NCBI RefSeq assembly: GCF_020745735.1
Contig: NC_083403.1
Span: forward strand, 74,681,003 to 74,745,002
Source: Hemiscyllium ocellatum
Lineage: Eukaryota
Length of the DNA: 64,000 nt
Direction: 5' to 3'
Under the pieces are notes generated by a model that saw only the letters and a list, made by a program, of their open reading frames with translations, made no database searches and was not told the DNA's origin. The position numbers and the translations under genes are program-made. Numbering within the stretch: position 1 is the first letter of the stretch; each line of letters starts with the position of its first letter. Shown here piece after piece: positions 60,720 through 64,000 of the stretch.

Positions 60720-63700
60720 ATGGAGGACTCTGCATTTAGATGCATGTAGCATTTGAAACAAAACAGATGAGTAATTAAGAGTGTCAAACAAATAAAAATG
60801 ATGTAATAGCCATACAGAAACATGGCTGTATGATACATTGATACCTAAGCATTGAAGTGTACAGGGCATTCAGGAAGGTCAAGAAGCTAGGAGAAGGTGA
60901 TGGGTGGCTCTGTTAATGATCGTATTAACACAATAGTGAGGATGACCTAAGTTCAGGAAACCAGGATGAGAAATGTTAAAAGGAAGAAATCATTCTGAGT
61001 GTGGTGTACAGGCCTCTACCAGTAACCACATGGTAGAGTACAGCACCAAGGAAGAAATAACAAGAGCCAGTTAGAAAGGCATGGTGGTAATCAGGGAAAT
61101 TTTAAGCTCCATGTAGATTGAATTTAGCCCTATTTCTCTCTCCATTGATGCTGCTGAATTTCTTCAGCACTTTTTGTTTTCATTTGAGGAGTTCATAGAA
61201 TGTTTTCAGAACTTTCTTAGAACAGCATGTTCTGAAGCCAACCAGTGAACAGATTCCATTAGACATAGTATTGTGCAGTAAGAGAGGATTGATTAAAGTT
61301 TTCATAACTAAGGCATCCCAAAGTAGCAATGCCCGTCAAATGATTAAATTTTACACTTGATGTGGGAGAAAGAGAAGAGGGGCTGAGACTTTTTTTTAAA
61401 ACTTGTGTAAAAAGAAATATTGAGGGCATGAAAGCAGTGTTAGCTAAAGTGAATCGGCAAACTAGGTTAAAGTATAGGTCAATAGTGATGCAGTAGCAGA
61501 TGTTTAAAGGGATTTTTCAGAATATACCGAAAAGATGCATTCCACCAAGGAAGCAAAATTCATCTGTAGTAAATAGTAAGGTTAAAGCGATGATCCAACT
61601 CAAAGAAAAAACATACAGTTGCACAAAAACAGATGGCATGTCAGAAGATTGGGTTAAATATCCAAAAAATACAAAGAATTATTAAAATGTTGATAAGGAA
61701 AAACTTAGAGTATAAGAGAAGGCTAGCCAGAAATATAAAGACAAATATTAAGAGTTTCTATAAAGTTTCAAAAGAAGAGTTTAAAAAGGTGGGTGTTGTT
61801 CCTATAGAAGGTGAGTCTACCAAATTGATAATGGGAAATAAACAGATGAATCAAACAGGTATTTTGCATTTATCTTCATTAGAGAGGATACAAGTAAGAT
61901 CCCAAAAGTTGTGATAAACCAAGAAATGGAAGGGAAGGAGGAACTTTGAGAAATCACAATTGGCAGAGAAGTGGTATTGAGTAAAATGGAACTACAGACT
62001 GAGGAGTGCCTGGGTCCTGATGGATCTCATTCTAGGATCTTAAAAGAAGTAGCTTGTGAGACATTTGATGCTTTGATTTCAATTTTCAAAATTCAAGCAA
62101 AGTCCCATGAGATTGGAAGAGAAAGAATGTAAGTTCTATATTCAAAAATGGAGGGAGAGAGAAAGCAGAAAACTACAGGTCAGTCACCTTAGCATCTGAC
62201 ATAGGGTAATATTGGAAACTATTATTAAAAGCGTTATAGCAGGGCATCTAGAAGAGTTCAGGTTAATCAGACAGAGTCAACATGGTTTCAGAGAAAGGAA
62301 ATATATTTAATCAATCTGATACAGTTTTTTTTTAGAAAGTAACTTGTGCTGTGGATAAAGGACTGATTTTTGTACTTAGATTTCTAAATGGCATTTGATA
62401 AAGATTCACATCAAAGGCTGTTGTAAAAAATGAAAACTCTATGGAGGTGGGTGGCATATTGCCATGGACTAAAGAATCCGAGACAGAGAATAGGTTTTCT
62501 ACAGGTTGGCAGGATATAACAAGAAACGTGCCTTGATCCTCAACTATTTGCAATATGTTTAATTAACTGGGATGAGGTCAGTGCTGGATCTAGTTCTAGG
62601 GAATGAAGCTGACAGAAGTTTCGAAGTGGCAGTGGGAGAGCATTTTGGTGATTAGACAATAAGAAACAGGAATAGGTAGTTGGCCATTGCCAATTAGTCA
62701 AAAGACTAGTATTTTAAATTTAAAGGGAGGCTATGTGGATGAGATAGCAGAGGTAGCTGATCAATTGGCATGCTATGGTCAGAATATAAAGGACATCAGA
62801 GAATGACTAAATGTTTAATCAGGTCAAAGAAATTAGAGAATGAGAGGAAGCTAACTGAGAATGTAAAAACAGATAGTAAGAACTTCTACAGGTATTTAAA
62901 AAGGAAAGGAAGTAAAGTGGATTGTGGTCATCTAGAGATTAGCTATGGGAAGTTAGTAATAGATCACAAAGAAATGGCAGGTGAACTGAACAAATACTTT
63001 GCTTCTATCTTCACCTTGGAGGATGCAATAAACATTTCAGTAAAAGACGTAAATCAAGAGATAGAAGGAACTTCATGACCTTATGTTCTCGAGGAAGATG
63101 GTATCAAATAAAAGGTAGAGCTGTCAACTGACAAGTTCTGTGTCCAGATGGACTTCATCCTAGGTTCTGAAATGAGTTGCCGATGAGCTAGTAAATGCAT
63201 TGGTATTAATTTTGCTAAATTCCCTTGATTTAGGAAAGATTCTGCCAGATTGACAATTAGAAAATATAACACTTCCTTTCAAGAAGGGAGGGAAGTAGGA
63301 AACTATAGGCCAGTTTTGCTTTACTGTTAACATGGGGAAATCGTGCACTCAGAAAAACTCAAGGTATTTTGAAGGGTCAGAATGGTTTTTGTCAGGGGAA
63401 TGTCATGTTTATCTAATCTGTTGGAGCTTTTTGAAGGATTAAAATGTGCTGTGGATAAAGGGAATCAAATGTTATCTGGAAAAGGAAAACCAAGTGTAAT
63501 TGGTATTCCAGGAGACATTTGATAAGTTACTGCATTAAAGATTATTGCAGAAAATGAAAGCTCATGGCTTAGGGGGTAACATGTTAGCATGGATAGAAGA
63601 TTGGCTGGCTGGCTGGCTGACAGACAAGACAGAATATGCATAAATGTGTCTTTGTCTAATTTGCAGGATGTGATAAGTGAAGTCCTGCAGGAATCTGTTG

Positions 63701-64000
63701 AGGCTTTTAACTTTTTACAATTCATCAATTACTTGGATGAGGGGAATGAAGTCATGGAAGCTAAACTCACAGACAACTCAAAGCTAGGTAGGAAAGTATG
63801 TTGTGAAAAGGGTCCATAGATGTTGCAGATGGAAATAGCTATGTTGAGTGTGTGGTTAAAATTCTGGCAAATTGAGTATAATGTGGAGAAATGTAAAATG
63901 TTTACTCCAACAGGAAGAACTGGAGAATTCTGCGTGTAAAGATCATAATAATAGGGTGGATATGGTAGGAAATTTTAATTTTCTAAACTGAGACTGGGAT
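60720..64000 (+). mobile_element. Two old, heavily degraded CR1-type LINE copies (endonuclease to RT) in TRMT11 intron 11
   Basis: Remnants of ETWL, GVVYRP, NIKTNIKSFYK / NVKTDSKNFYRY, PGPDG, QHGF; many stops and frameshifts. Confidence 0.75.

Overview
Eukaryotic, repeat-rich vertebrate DNA, very probably from a shark or other elasmobranch (HE1-type tRNA-derived SINEs with their partner CR1/HER1-type LINEs; inference). Three protein-coding genes can be built by hand from splice signals and reading-frame continuity. (1) HINT3, + strand, complete, 5 coding exons in 7095-15962, 174 aa, HLHLH HIT motif. (2) A single-coding-exon, 151-aa ABRA/STARS-like (Costars-domain) gene on the - strand at 24989-25444. 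(3) TRMT11, + strand, coding exons 1-11 in 31457-60380, continuing past the window end. The rest is mostly decayed retroelements: CR1-type and L2/CR1-clade LINEs, SINEs, Penelope-like elements, Tx1 and RTE fragments, and a solo LTR. Best leads: (a) the short ABRA-like gene between HINT3 and TRMT11 is a probable whole-genome-duplication paralogue of ABRA that has no counterpart at the human locus; (b) a full-length, TSD-flanked, ORF1-only 'half-L1' nested in a solo LTR; (c) several Penelope-like elements with minimal hammerhead ribozymes, often in fold-back arrangement; (d) small local copy events, including an exact 36-nt copy of ABRA-like coding sequence carrying an AATAAA, a 187-bp ~98% inverted duplication and a perfect 18-bp hairpin in TRMT11 introns; (e) a 58-bp CCAAT-box tandem repeat at the HINT3 start. 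No database searches were run. Family names come from motif recognition, and most repeat boundaries are approximate.
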